NCBI GenBank assembly: GCA_002633005.1 | Contig: NMRA01000204.1 | Location: forward strand, 399,645 to 463,644 | From: Phoronis australis | Taxonomy: Eukaryota; Animalia; Phoronida | Reading direction: 5' to 3' | Length of the DNA stretch: 64,000 bases | Shown here: positions 15,401 to 28,300 of the stretch, piece by piece | Layout of the letters: the number at the start of each line of letters is the position of its first letter | Numbering within the stretch: position 1 is the first letter of the stretch | The notes under the pieces: model-generated | What the model was told of the DNA's origin: nothing | The model's input: the letters and a program-made list of their open reading frames with translations, nothing else | Database searches by the model: none | Position numbers and translations under genes: made by a program

Positions 15401-18199
15401 CCAGAGGGGGCTAGTCGTCCAGTCGATGTAGTTTTCGATTGCAAATATCTGTCATATCGTAGCGATTTGTGTACAGAAATTTCCTTCAATAACTTGCCCG
15501 CAACAGCACCACTATCTCAAAATGTTTGACGCTGCCATTAATTAGTGCGGTCAGTGCAGTCAAGCATCGGGTCTAATACTAGTAATAGTAATGGACCACG
15601 GCACAAAAATGCAGACTCTTGTCCCCATACCAGTTCGACCTTTGTGGACCCGTTTATGCGAAATGACTGGACTTTTTGCATTTTAATGTATTTAAAAGCT
15701 ATGCGGCGAGATGTTGTTGCTTCTGTAAAAATGTACAAGGAAAATATCAACACAGACAAGACTCCCGTTTGTGCTGCCGCCTCTCGGCGTGGCTGGTAAT
15801 GTGACTATCCTCCACTCGCGAAGAAAACGTTTCTGAAGTTGTGATGCTTGTCGTAAACTTAAATAAACAATAGGATAAATGTAAAAAGACACATCGTAAT
15901 AAGTACCAAAATATTTCCATCCATGGTGGGATTTGAAAAAAACACCGCTCTGAAGGAATTTGGCTTTCTTCGTACGTCTTACTGAACATCCTAACATTTT
16001 GTACATCTATACTCAAGTAAAAATCTACCTAAGAAAAAAAAGCAATGACTGTTCCACCCATGCAGGCAGTGTGACAGATAACGAACAGTTGACGCATTTG
16101 GGACAGAGAAATAGTATCGTCCTGGATGGTAATTATATTCACCTTTTGTTTAATAACCACCGGGCCGTGTCAGAAGACTCTAGGCGGGCCTTGCTCTCTA
16201 CGCCGGGTTTACGTGGGAGTCCCAAAGATCAACGCTGATGTCAACAAAATGTTGTCACACCTTTTCCGATACACACCTGTTCACATATTTTAAAAAGTTT
16301 ATTTGATTGCGTTCTAAGAAACATTTCCGAGTCAAAAGTTCAAACCGTAGAGTTACCGGTAGAGATCGCGGTACTTAGGCAATGAGAACGAATAAGTATT
16401 TATTTGATAAAGGTCGTAATTTCTTGTTTTTTAAGTAAACAATGAAAAGGGCAACAAACCTACGCCTCTTGTCAAAAGCTACTTTTGATTCAAGCCACTT
16501 TATAAAATTGGCATCATCTAAGGTTAGAAATAGGTATGGGGAGAACCGTTAAGACATGACGTTATTGTTTCAGAGCAGTGAGACATGGCAATATGGCCTC
16601 CGGGGGACTTACAGGCGACTACTGTAGCCAATTTCACTTCAAACAAATGATAAGAACGTTATGACGTTGCTTTGGAAGATCAAATAAGTCTGCGAAGTAC
16701 TTAACGTTTTTAACGTCGATACGATACGCGTTTTATAGGGGTTTGAATTAAAGTTGCATTTTTTCCTGTTTAGCTGGCTAAAAACAAAAATCGAAATAGA
16801 ACTTTTATTCGCATGAAGTCATTGTAATAACATTCCTTGCCGTGATAGGATTCTTTTTTCCACTACCAACTCAAATCACAGGCAATTCGTAGGACTAGTG
16901 CATCCTCAATTTTCGCTAAAATTCGCAGTTTTAGGCTTGGTCAACCTCAGCAAACCCTGGGGTGTTTTTACAAATCGCCGATCGGAAGATTTCGATGTTT
17001 TTTGTTGGTAAGAAAACTAGAATCCCGTCAGGTAATTCGATTTGTATTTGTAGCAAGTAAAACAGTGCCAAGTGGGAGGATGTCACTACTGAAGCAGCGA
17101 GGATGTAGTGCAGAGAAACTAGAGCGACAAAAATGATACAACTCAAAGTAATGACATTGACTGAGCAGTGTTTATGTATGTCTCCTTACTATTTTCCGTA
17201 TCCTAAAACATTTTTGCATGGCACACGTGGATATTTTAGTAATACCCTTTCGCGTAATGATAGAGCTAGTTGGATTTGTGTGATGTACTTGACTCGTATC
17301 CATCTTCCGTCTTCTGGAAACATTTTCCTGATTTTGGTTTTCGCTGATAAATAAAGCGTCGATGAAAAATAAAATATGAAATGTTGCTCAATGCAAGTCA
17401 TCATATTTCTTATTTATGTCCATCATCTTTTACTTGACTTGACTGACCCGGAAAACAAGAAACCCGTGATTAGAACTCGAAAAGAATGATTAATGATAAT
17501 AAAACCGGACTCGTGTTTTCAACCATTAATACTGTGCAGAGCACAGTCAAAGGAAGGACAAACAGAACAATTTCCATGTGACTTGGCACCAGTTCTGGAT
17601 AAATATCAAAACACGTTTTTTTCTTCAGTTGTAATAAACGTAGACATCCAGATGACAGCTTCTCAATTTCTTCCAATAATAATACAGACTCAAACGCTAA
17701 TCGGCCTAGAAAAAAAACATGCAATTTTTGCTTATTTTTCCCACTGACCTGTTGTATAGCCATCATAACTTTGCTCAGTCCAAAGTCCATTAATGCAGCA
17801 AATCAAATGACAAACCTCGGTCATAATTAATGCGCACAAGGGACGGGCATAAAGTGAGGACAGAACCGTTCTGTACTATAAGACGATCTTCATTAGCCGG
17901 GCTAGAATAATGCATTGCGTGACGGAATTACTTTTCAAAATGCCAAGCACATCCAGTACTGATATCTATCCCTTTTCAAATGTCTTAGTGTGAGCATTGC
18001 AACTCAAAATAAAATAATTTTTAATAATACACCTTTGCCAGCATTACAACGAAAAATTACGCAATAACGAGGATATGACCTAGTGACCAGAACACCTGCC
18101 CCTATAACTTTACTAATGATGTGTTTAAGGTGAGCATGCGGGCGGACATAATAACGGGCCCGCTGCACTCGAATATGGGCTGCATACAGAAAGTACTTG

Positions 18200-18275
18200 T
18201 TGCTGAGGTCATTGAGCCCGTGACTGACCGGGTATCTGACCCGAGATCGCGGGTTCAAATCCCACTAGACCTCAA
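18200..18275 (+). mobile_element. Degenerate tRNA-derived SINE head
   Basis: B-box-like GGTTCAAATCC near 18252 with an eroded A-box upstream. Confidence 0.35.
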
Positions 18276-18399
18276 GATCTTCTGCTCCGATAGCTTACGT
18301 TGTATTCTTTGTATTATATGAACTCATGTGAAAAATGTATCCCATGCATGTGCTAAAGGGCCATGATGCAAATTAGCCCTTGGCTAACACAGTAAAATC

Positions 18400-18476
18400 T
18401 GTTGTTGTTTTTGTTGTTGTTTTTGTTGTTGTTGTTGTTGTTGTTGTTGTCACTGCTGTTGTTGTTGATGTTGTTC
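18400..18476. repeat. (GTT)n microsatellite
   Basis: Read directly from the sequence. Confidence 0.9.
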
Positions 18477-18931
18477 TCATTTAGTTTCCGTTATCTCCCT
18501 CACTACACCAACACTGTATGAGGTTTTCCAAAAACTTTACGCTTCAGTTCGTGAACTTTCGACGAAGATGTAGTCGGCTCAGTATAGGGCCTGCACTGTC
18601 CGAACGGCTGAACCAGCAAAGCTGAAACATAGTACCGGTTATGGTTTGTAGGCAAAACACATGGCTGACAGTTTTCAGAAGAGAATCTTTAAGCGACAAG
18701 TATGGCACTCCGCACCAGTTAGGCTTGTGTTTAGAAGTGAACCCCACAAACTGCTAGACAGCAGTAGGCTGATGCACAAGCGTGAAATTAGGACCACAAC
18801 AAATTACGACACTCTTTTATCAGTACACTTTGTTACACGTCGTTGCCGTTTGTCTCAAGTCAAGATTAAAAAGACGAGGTGTTTTCTTATCGTGATAGTC
18901 CATTATAAATATTGATTCCCTTGAGATTTGG

Positions 18932-18993
18932 TACTTAGATTATCTTTCATGTTACAAACTTTTAAGTTTGTAACATGAAAGATAATCTAAGTA
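18932..18993. repeat. Perfect 62-bp palindrome (30-bp arms, 2-nt loop)
   Basis: TACTTAGATTATCTTTCATGTTACAAACTT-TT-AAGTTTGTAACATGAAAGATAATCTAAGTA. Confidence 0.9.
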
Positions 18994-19261
18994 ACAGTGT
19001 TTTAAAAAACACTGGTTCTGTAGTTCAAAAAGCTAGAAACTTTAAAGTGATCTTCCTTTGACAAATTTCAAATCGGTTCATCTTTCATCTATACTCGCTT
19101 GCTCCAAAAAATAAGTTTTGTAAGCGAGAAAATATTTGCTAGGTATTACTGTAACTCAAAGTGCGTCTTCCAGAGACCCCGTTAGATGGCACTACATGAC
19201 GGATACGCGGAACAACTGGACGACCCAAACCGCAAGGTTTCCGTGGTTTCTAGACTGGATC

Positions 19262-19334
19262 ATGTCTTCTGCGACGTCAGTAACCGACAGAGCCATAGGG
19301 AGCATCGTTGGTTGTTTGGTGGCCGATGCAACAT
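19262..19334 (+). CDS. SELENOJ: SelJ/crystallin J1-like coding exon 1
   Basis: ATG at 19262; MSSATSVTDRAIGSIVGCLVADAT matches the ARH-family N-terminal helix (DRxxGxxxGxxxxDA); consensus donor GTAAGT at 19335, phase 1. Confidence 0.8.
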
Positions 19335-22300
19335 GTAAGTATTATACGAAGTCTTTCTATTCACGTTTATATTGCTTTTGAATTTAATCCCGATTCTCAC
19401 TCTCTCGACCGGTCCTAGGCCTCGGACTCACGGATTTTCGGCAAGATGCCTGCCAGTAGTGGCGTAGTGCTAGGGCCGCTAGGCCTATGCCCGTATGCCG
19501 ACGGCAGCAATTGGGGGCGAGGGGGGGATCCGGTATCGGCGGAACCAATGCAAATGGGTTATGCACTAACTTATATCAGTCATCGGGCGAAACTCGACCT
19601 CCAGGTCCACTCAGTGCCAGTGACACTGAGGCCGGGTGCCCGAGCCAATCGTCCACTCACACGCACAGGCGTCCTCAGCTTCTGATCGTCCCCAATACAC
19701 TACAAATATGTAGTGTATTGGGGACGATCAGAAGCTGAGGACGCCTGTGCTCACACGTACTTGTCATGCAGGCTTACCGCAATCTGAACTGAGACTCCAG
19801 CTTTTTTGTTCGGGGATTAGGGTAGCCTTGGTGCTGGCATACATCTAACTCTAACTGTCTGGCTAGGAACGGAGGTGATTGTTACTTAGGCTGTTCAAGG
19901 CACTGTCTAGCTAGCGGCAGTAGACGGTGATCACTGTCTAGGCAACCTGGGGGGGGGGGGGGGNNNNNTTACTCCCTTACTCCGATCGTATGGACAAGGT
20001 GCCCGCAGGCGTATATTGAAAACTGCAGGTACTTTTTCAGCAAGTTTTTAAGGACCCGCACATTGTGCAATAGGCCCTAAATTTCCATTTCATCCTGCCA
20101 AAAGGCTCACTGCATTAGTATCAGCCGTGTAAAAGGCACATGCACTGGCCATCACCCTACCCCCCCCCGAAAAGGGGGGTGTGAATGAGCAGACCTGGCA
20201 CTCACAATAGGGGGTCCATCAGTAGTTTTTGGTACATGTCTGCAGGCACCTTATCAACATAATGTAGAATTGTCGTGAGGACTTGACAGGGGTCTCACAC
20301 TCCACTGATTTATCCACATTATTTTGAAAACGCTTTGCCCAGTCACACATCGTGTGTCATAAAAGAGATGAGCATACCTGCAGCTGACGCAACAAGTAGA
20401 ACTACTCTCGTTTATCACATTGGTGTAGACTCACAGTTGAACTGTGGTTTTCTGTTGACCCCAGATTGTCCCAAGTTGCACCATATACCAACTCCGGACG
20501 GTCTCTCACGACGATTTAGCGTTATGACATAGCGACCCCCCTCCAGACGGCAAGATTCTCCCCCCCCTGGCCATTTTAGACATAGCTGATCACGTGAACA
20601 AAAAAATTGATGTCAATGAAAATTGAACTTTTTTACTGTCAAAAATCTGTTAGGTCTAACTACAAAAAATTGGGAACTTACACCATTGCAACTGCTGTAT
20701 GTCCCAACCCGCCTGAGCTATACAAAAAAGGCAACTTGACTGATATACACTTCCCCCAAAAGTACAATAAACCTCGGACACATCTAAAAGTTCTAAACCT
20801 ATTGTGCAAGCCTACTTCACTCAATGAGAATCTTTGTCATGAAGAATCCTGTTTCCAATCTCATTAAGTTTGTCATAGTTGGTCTAGAATGGGTTTAATA
20901 AGTGGGAAGTACAGTTAACAGTGTTTAACTCTCGTATTGGCCATTGCCACGCCCAGTGTTTGAACTTCAACAAGTGACTGTACTGGCCCACCGGGCCAGT
21001 TACTTGAATGAGGCCTCATCCACATAGGGCTTATAAGTGTAAGTTTACTGGCCTGGCTGCAAATCCACTGGCCCTGGGCCACTAGGCCAACGCTGGCCAT
21101 GCCTCTCCGGTCAACTGTCAACACAAGATAATGCCTTCTCATGGCCCTGAACTTTTACCTAGTTGTCTTGTGCTAGACAGTGGTAATGAAATTCAAGATT
21201 GCGTAAAAATAACAGAAGCTGGATGGTGGTTCTAATCAGCAAATGACTGATTTTATCATTGGCCACGACTTCACAAATTCCTCTCATCTATCCAAATTTA
21301 TGACACCAAATGGCTCTACAGGCTTTCAGCAGTCCATGACAGAGACAGCTGCCTCACCACACCCCACATATTACTGTGAAATGTCTCCATGAACTTTTAG
21401 TCTGGGAATATGACAAGACAATATTCGTTGTATAGAGTATTTTCTATATCTTTTATTTATTGACATTCAGGTTAATAATCTTTGGGTTATGCAATCAAAT
21501 TAACAGGCTCAATTCAGGCCTGACTATTCGTGCTCACTGCACCCAATTCCCAAAGCAGACCTTTTGTAATTAGAACATCTGCTTATAGAATGCGTCCCAA
21601 GTCCTCCGCTACCTTGGTCAAAAGACAGGGGCAGATCCAGGATTTTGAATTGGGGGTGGGGGGCCAGGGCAGAGAACTAGCCAGGACTGTGCCCGTCAGA
21701 AATTCGCATCCCCAAAGTGCCAAATGGAATATGTGAAAATTTAAGAGGGGGGCCATAGCCCCTTCGGCCCCCCTTAAATCCGCCACTGAAAGCGGTTAGT
21801 CTTTGGTGCACACATATTTCGAAACCATTATATGTCGAGGATTTAACCTCAAGAGTATACATTTAGTGTGGTGTGTAACATATTCAGTTGTGAAGTAGTT
21901 TCGTACTTATGTATCATTAGGGTATGCTGTTTGGTAAAATAGATTTACAAGACATTGGATCAAGGTATAACAATAATTTATTGAAAGTAAAGCGATTATA
22001 CAAAAACATACACAAAACCACCAGGAAAAATCGCTGAGAGGTTCAAATTTGAGATCGCAAAGAACCTGCACTTACCGTACTCGTCCGGGTTACCGCCCAA
22101 TGCTTGGCTTACCGCCCACCCCTTGTTTTTTTAGATTTGCAATTTAAGTGCCCTCGGCGGTAACCCGAACGAGTACGGTACTCAACTGAATATAAATAGT
22201 TAATAATAATGCAAACCTGGGCTGGGTTGCATAAAACTTCAAAGTTATCGGTTGGATAAGTTTGATTGATTCAACAATAACAACGTGGCGCGTGATAAAG

Positions 22301-25300
22301 CGACGTCGTTGTTGCTATACAGGTATAACTTTTATACAACTGGGCCCTCATGTTTATGTGACACATAAAACGAGTCATGCAAAAAGAATCAACAGTTTGA
22401 AGACAGTGTATAAAGTCAAAGTCTCGAACGGCTTAAAAATGTCTTGAGCAAATCAACTTTGTTCACGTTTCAATTCATACCCAACACACCCACACGTGCA
22501 CACACAGCACTTACAAATAACTTTAATAAAACAAAATATGACCTTACAGTGAGGCTATAGCTAGTAAGAAACACAGGCAACACACTGCACTAACAATTAT
22601 GATATGCACCCGCGTTGCTGCATGTCAAACGACATGTTACAGGGGCCACTTATCAATTTCATGATTAGAAGACTAGACTACTTAACTAGTTTGGCCACTA
22701 GGGATAGCTGCAGACTTGATAAAGCCTGAAATTACTTCGGTTTTCAAAATGTTCAAAGAGGAAATGACAGTAACTGAAAATTCCTGGGCCAAGTGTCCAG
22801 AGATTAGTAGCTGCCATCCTCTGTTCAATAAAAACACACCTAGAACATTTCACAAATTGTAGTTTGGCTCATAAAGAGATGGGTGACAAGAAACATGCTC
22901 TCCTAAAAATCTACACTTCACTGATATCAATCACATGATTTGTCTAATAAATGGCCACTGGGGGGCACCACCTCAGTGCTGCTCTCTTCAAAATATTGAC
23001 AAAATTGCTGCGTTCCACCACGTTCTTTGATATAGATTGCTAAGAAAAGGTGAACAGTATAAATTGCCACTAATTGTATACACCCAAAACTTGGTGAGTG
23101 TATGCCTTCTTGATACAGATACATGTGCAAGAAATATCAAGATCTTGCAAACAGTTTGGTAGTTAGAGAGATGGATGCAAACAATATCACAGAGTCGAAC
23201 TGTATTGGATTTCTATAAACTTGCTAGGCGTTGCTTTTTCCTTGACAGGAACAAAATACTAAGTAGCTCGGTAGATAGAGAGGCATGCGAGCACCCGGGG
23301 GGGGGGGGGNNNNGCCCCCGGGGGGGGGGGTGTGTGTGTGCTCAAATGAGCCCTCCCATTTGGCGAAGTGGGCAAAAAGTTCCGCCTCAGAGAAACCAAA
23401 AGTCCGAGAAAACTAGACAAAAGTCCACTGAAAAGGCACAGACGCACAGTGAAGGTGGTACCATGTTTTTGTTTTAGTCCTCCCGCTTTTTTGTCAGCAA
23501 AAGGTCCACACTGCCAGAAATTCGAGCCCCCCATATTAAAGGCTGGGTGCACAAATGAGAGGTAAGCGCAAACAAAAAAAATGCTCCAAGGAGCTCAGAA
23601 GCACTCTAACTCATCTGGTGCTGTTTTCTCCTTCGTGCACACCTGCCAAATTGTACGAGATTCACATACAAGTTAGACTGATACAAGAGGCTGGCACAGA
23701 AAATACAATTGCAACTGGGGAACGCAACAGAGGCAGACAGTGGACACCAAGACAGAGATGAAGTAATATGCCCCCATACATGGATAAAACGATGTACAAA
23801 ATTGATTTGAATATCCCCACTACAAATACAATTCAACCTAAATAAGATTTTACATAATTATTAAAGCTGCGTAGCAAAAAGCCAAAACAAAAAGTCCAAA
23901 ACGTAAAAAACATTATGGTTAAGTGTGGAATAGTTCAGCTTGGAAGTCAAATAAATTCAATAGAATATAGCAATCTTTATCAGTCTCCAATTTCAATGTT
24001 AGTTTTAACATCTTTGAATTTTCCAGCAGAAAATTGCATCAGTGCTTTGCACTTAAAAAGTATAGATTTCATAATAATGATAACAACTTATACCAACAGC
24101 AGTTTAAGGCACTCTTCCAAAGTATAAAACAGTACCAAATTCCCTAACTCTGCTTGCGCTTAAAAGCGAGTTCTGGTTTGAATAACCATCAGTCCTGCTA
24201 ACTGACTTCTTGTCAAGATTGGGCTGACCACTATCTGCCTTCTACCTAGTACAATTCTTGAATAAAGTCAATAGGTAAAGACGCCTTTTTCCAAGTAATG
24301 TCAAAATCCGTATTGATCTTCTGAAAGACAAAGGCAGCTTTCTTGGCTGGGCACATCTGTTCACAATTCTGTTTTAGGTCGTCGTCAAGGTGATCACATT
24401 TCTTATCAGTGTATACCACCAGTGGAGGAAGCTTGACAGTTGAGGGACACTGATTAAGCTTCATCTCTTGCTCCAACTCTGTAGAATTCATCTCACGCAG
24501 ACGATAACAGTCCGGGAGGAGGAAATTCACACTTCTAACACGCTTTTCAAAAAACTTCTTCTTGTCCTTCATAGCCATGCAATTCATTAGGCAATGCAGA
24601 AACCATGGAATGGATGAATATCCAGCGAAATTCAAGCCATCACAATAAATAAACAGATCAAACTGCTTTGGGTCATGAACAGAGACGTGGTGCAAGACCG
24701 TAAGCATGCCCTCAACAGCTTCCACGCTTCTGTTTTCCAGGAAGTAAGAAAACTCCATAACCATAACACGCTCAGGACACGGCATCGACTCTAAAATCAT
24801 GAAGCAGCTGTGCGAAATGTCGTGGCACAAAAAGTGGTTGCGTAAACTTTTCAGATCAAGAAACAAGTTCTTCGGCATTGAGGAAGCAATGAGCGAGACA
24901 AACTTTTGGTTTTGTTTGCTCTCAGCTTCATTGAGAGCGTGGAAGCTCACTGTGAAAGGCCTAGTTATCTTATTGAAACTCACCACAGTCTTGCCGTCAC
25001 AAGAGTCGTACCATTCGAATGTGATCATTTCACAGTTGCTGCGATTGTTCTCAGCCAGAATTTCGAAAAGTTCTTCCAAGACAGTGTCGTTAGTTTTGAA
25101 AACCCCCATAACAAAGATGACAAGGAGAGCAGTCTTGCGCTCTGCGAGAAACTGCCTGAAATATTTCTGTCTGTCTTCATTGGCCAACAGCGGGAAATAC
25201 ATGGCCGCCAACACTTCCTGTATATTCCTTTGAGTAAAGCAGTACCGTACCTCCCTGCTAAGTAATGACTTCGGCTGGGCCCTGCTAAGAATTCCCATCT

Positions 25301-28300
25301 TGAGAACCTCTTCGTGGTTGAGGACAGAACGCACTTCTTTGACTGAAAACTCCCGTCTACCATCCACAATGCTCATGAATGCCAGCTCTTTCAGTCCGTC
25401 TAACAGACTGACGCTCTCCATGGCGTCACATTCAAACACGTCATGCTTTTTGTTGTGCCTGGCAACATAGCGCAGATTAATGATTTCAACAATGCTGAAA
25501 AATAGTTGAGAGAGCGAGCGGGGAAGCTTTCCCTCGTTATCTTCCCAGTGAACACACAACAGTAGACAATCAAGAGGGTTCTCCACCAGCTGGCGCAGGT
25601 AGCAACTGTTTTCCACACGGTCCATCAGACTCTTGGAATACTCCTTCGGTTTACCGTTAAAATACTTGTCCACAAACCGCCTGGCATTCTCCGCCGAGAA
25701 TCCACTGCACTTGAGCCGACGGTCAAAGTGTTTCGCTGCCAAATTGGTTGGTCTCGACGTCACCACACAACTGACTTGGTGGAGGTATTTCCCTTCGAGA
25801 AATGACTCAACACTCTGCTTGTCCAGGGGAGACAACTCGTCATAACCATCTATGATCAGCAAAACTTCTGACTGGTACTCGTTCAAGCAGCTCAGAACTG
25901 ACTGCCTACTATACTTGAAATCAATAGGAAACAACTGCTCTATTATGGTGTCTCTCACATTACTTTCGACAATACCTTCTTTCATTTCTAAGAAAAAGAC
26001 AGCAGCAAACTTATCTGTCAGGTAGGGTCTCTTCTGAGCCCAATCGTATGCCAGCTTGTTACACAACACTGTTTTACCCATGCCTGCGATTCCCTGGATG
26101 TAGACGCGTTTTGGCATCTGGGAGTCCTTCTTAGCTGAGCAACATGCAAATATATCATCCACAGAGATGGGATGACTATCTCTAGCTCTGCAAAAATAGA
26201 TTAAAACAACTCACAAGTTTGGTCGAGTGTTTATACACTTTTCACTATATTATCAACTTCTTTAGTCATTGGATGTAATACTAAAACTAAACGATGTTGT
26301 GATTAATATTTATCAGTGAGTATAACACCTGCATTTGTGCATGAGAGTGATCAGACAGCAATAACAGCAATTGATCATCCTGTTGTGAGTTTCAAGTTCT
26401 ATCTTTGAATATGACATATTCATACACTGACTGGAGATCAAGGGTAAGATGTCCACTACTAGTCTGGTTGGATTTCTGTGTTCGACCGGCGGTCTCAATG
26501 GCTCAGTGGCTAGAGTGTCTGCATGGTTAGCAGAAGGTCCTGGGTTCGAGTCCCGGTCAGGGACAGAAATCTTTTCAGACTTATATTCATTAGGTCACGT
26601 GATGTGGCCAACAGATGGCGGCCAGTTTTTGACACCGGTTTGATTGGTAGAGCAAGTTACACTGTATCAGTTGCTTCACTTTTAACAACACGTCTGAGCA
26701 CAACTGGGGCAGGGTGGGAAGGGATCACCTTTCAATGCACTTGCGCAATAGCGTACGTAGGGATGATCAGCTGGCATTCCACATGGTTTGGACATTCGCT
26801 ACTGTTTATGTGAGCATGCGCAGACAGTCTTAGTGTAAGTGACTCGTGCTGATCCAGTTTGCGATCTAATGTGTAAATGCGACTAAAGTGAAGAAAGACA
26901 CGCCGTGACAACTGACACAGTAAGAATTGTCTCTTGTGTAAAAGCAGCTTATATCACAATCAGAGAGTGCATTTGTGGCATGCACTTGCTGAGTGGGTCA
27001 AATTCCGGCAATGGGAAGGCTGGCACAAGGGACAGGATTGCAAAAAAATACCATTGCGGGAAAGAAAATAATAGACGTTTACATGACACATGACAAGCCT
27101 AGAAAACTGAATTAATTTATTAGGAAAGGAAAGGAGGATCAAAAATACTAAAACCCGGACAGGAGCAACACTCATTGGGTTGGGAGACCATAAATTATTT
27201 GCAGTCAGAGATCAGTCAATCTGGGCTCGAAATTCAGTTTGTGGCCCAGGAGCCAGGAACTTCAACCAGTCAGCTAATGAGCAATAACCACATCTGCACT
27301 GACACACTGAGTTTGCTCAAGGGATTTTAAGCTACTGGCAATCTATCAACATATTAGTTAGCACTGATTAGGACAAGACTCTGAACTATAGGAAAGCTAA
27401 GTGCAACAGGTTTGTAATTTTCAGTTTACAAGAAATGAAGTATGACCTTTATGATCAGTGTACATGGAATATCATGTCTCTGATGTACAGCCATTTTAAT
27501 TGTACAAACTGAACCTTTCCTCCAATCAAAACATTGAGGAGTGTCACTTTAAACAAGAAGTGAGTGAGTGTAATGGGAAACCAAAGAGGGACGCTTACTG
27601 ACTTTCAAAGTAGCAGGAGATGCTAATACGAGGGCTTGAGTGTTTATTGTAGATAATACATTAGTTACCAGGGGCGGATCCAGGATTTTTATTTAGGGGG
27701 GGCCAGGGCAGAGTATTAGCCAGGATTTTGCCTGTCAGACGGCGCACCCCTGAACTGCCAAATGGAATCTAGGAGAGTTTTAGGGGGGCCATGGCCCCCT
27801 TGGCCCCCCTCTAAATCCGCCACTGGTTACCCATGTGTAGCAAGAAGAGCATTTATCACAAATACTAATGCAATGAAGGCTCTCTAAGGAAGGGTTGGTG
27901 GGAATTTTCCCCTCTCCTCTATCATCTTGTCAGTTGTATACTTTGGGTTCAGGTGTCGATGGTACTCTATTGAGTGAGTGAACAAAAGTAGTGATGAGGA
28001 GGGAAAGGAGGTCGGTGAAAACGGAATTGTCTCTGGTATCTATTTTGCTGGTTGTCGGGTATTGTGTTTATCGAGATCTTGAATGTGCAGTGGCACACAC
28101 TTACCCATTATGTTAAAGAGAGGTTTTTACATCAAGGATAACAATTTATCTGTTGAATACGACGACAGGGTTGCATAAAACGAAAACTTATATACTGAGT
28201 AAATTGGATTGTAGTGTGACGTCAAAAAAAAAAAAAAAAAAAAAAAAAAAAGGTTCCACAATGTCAATGATGTCACGTGGTAATGTGGTGTCATTTTTTA

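Noticed and set aside
8331-26187. ANKRD50 plus the NLR as a paired STAND-NTPase or prokaryote-like defence system
   Set aside because: ANKRD50 is a conserved endosomal trafficking gene, both genes are spliced, and nothing beyond proximity links them
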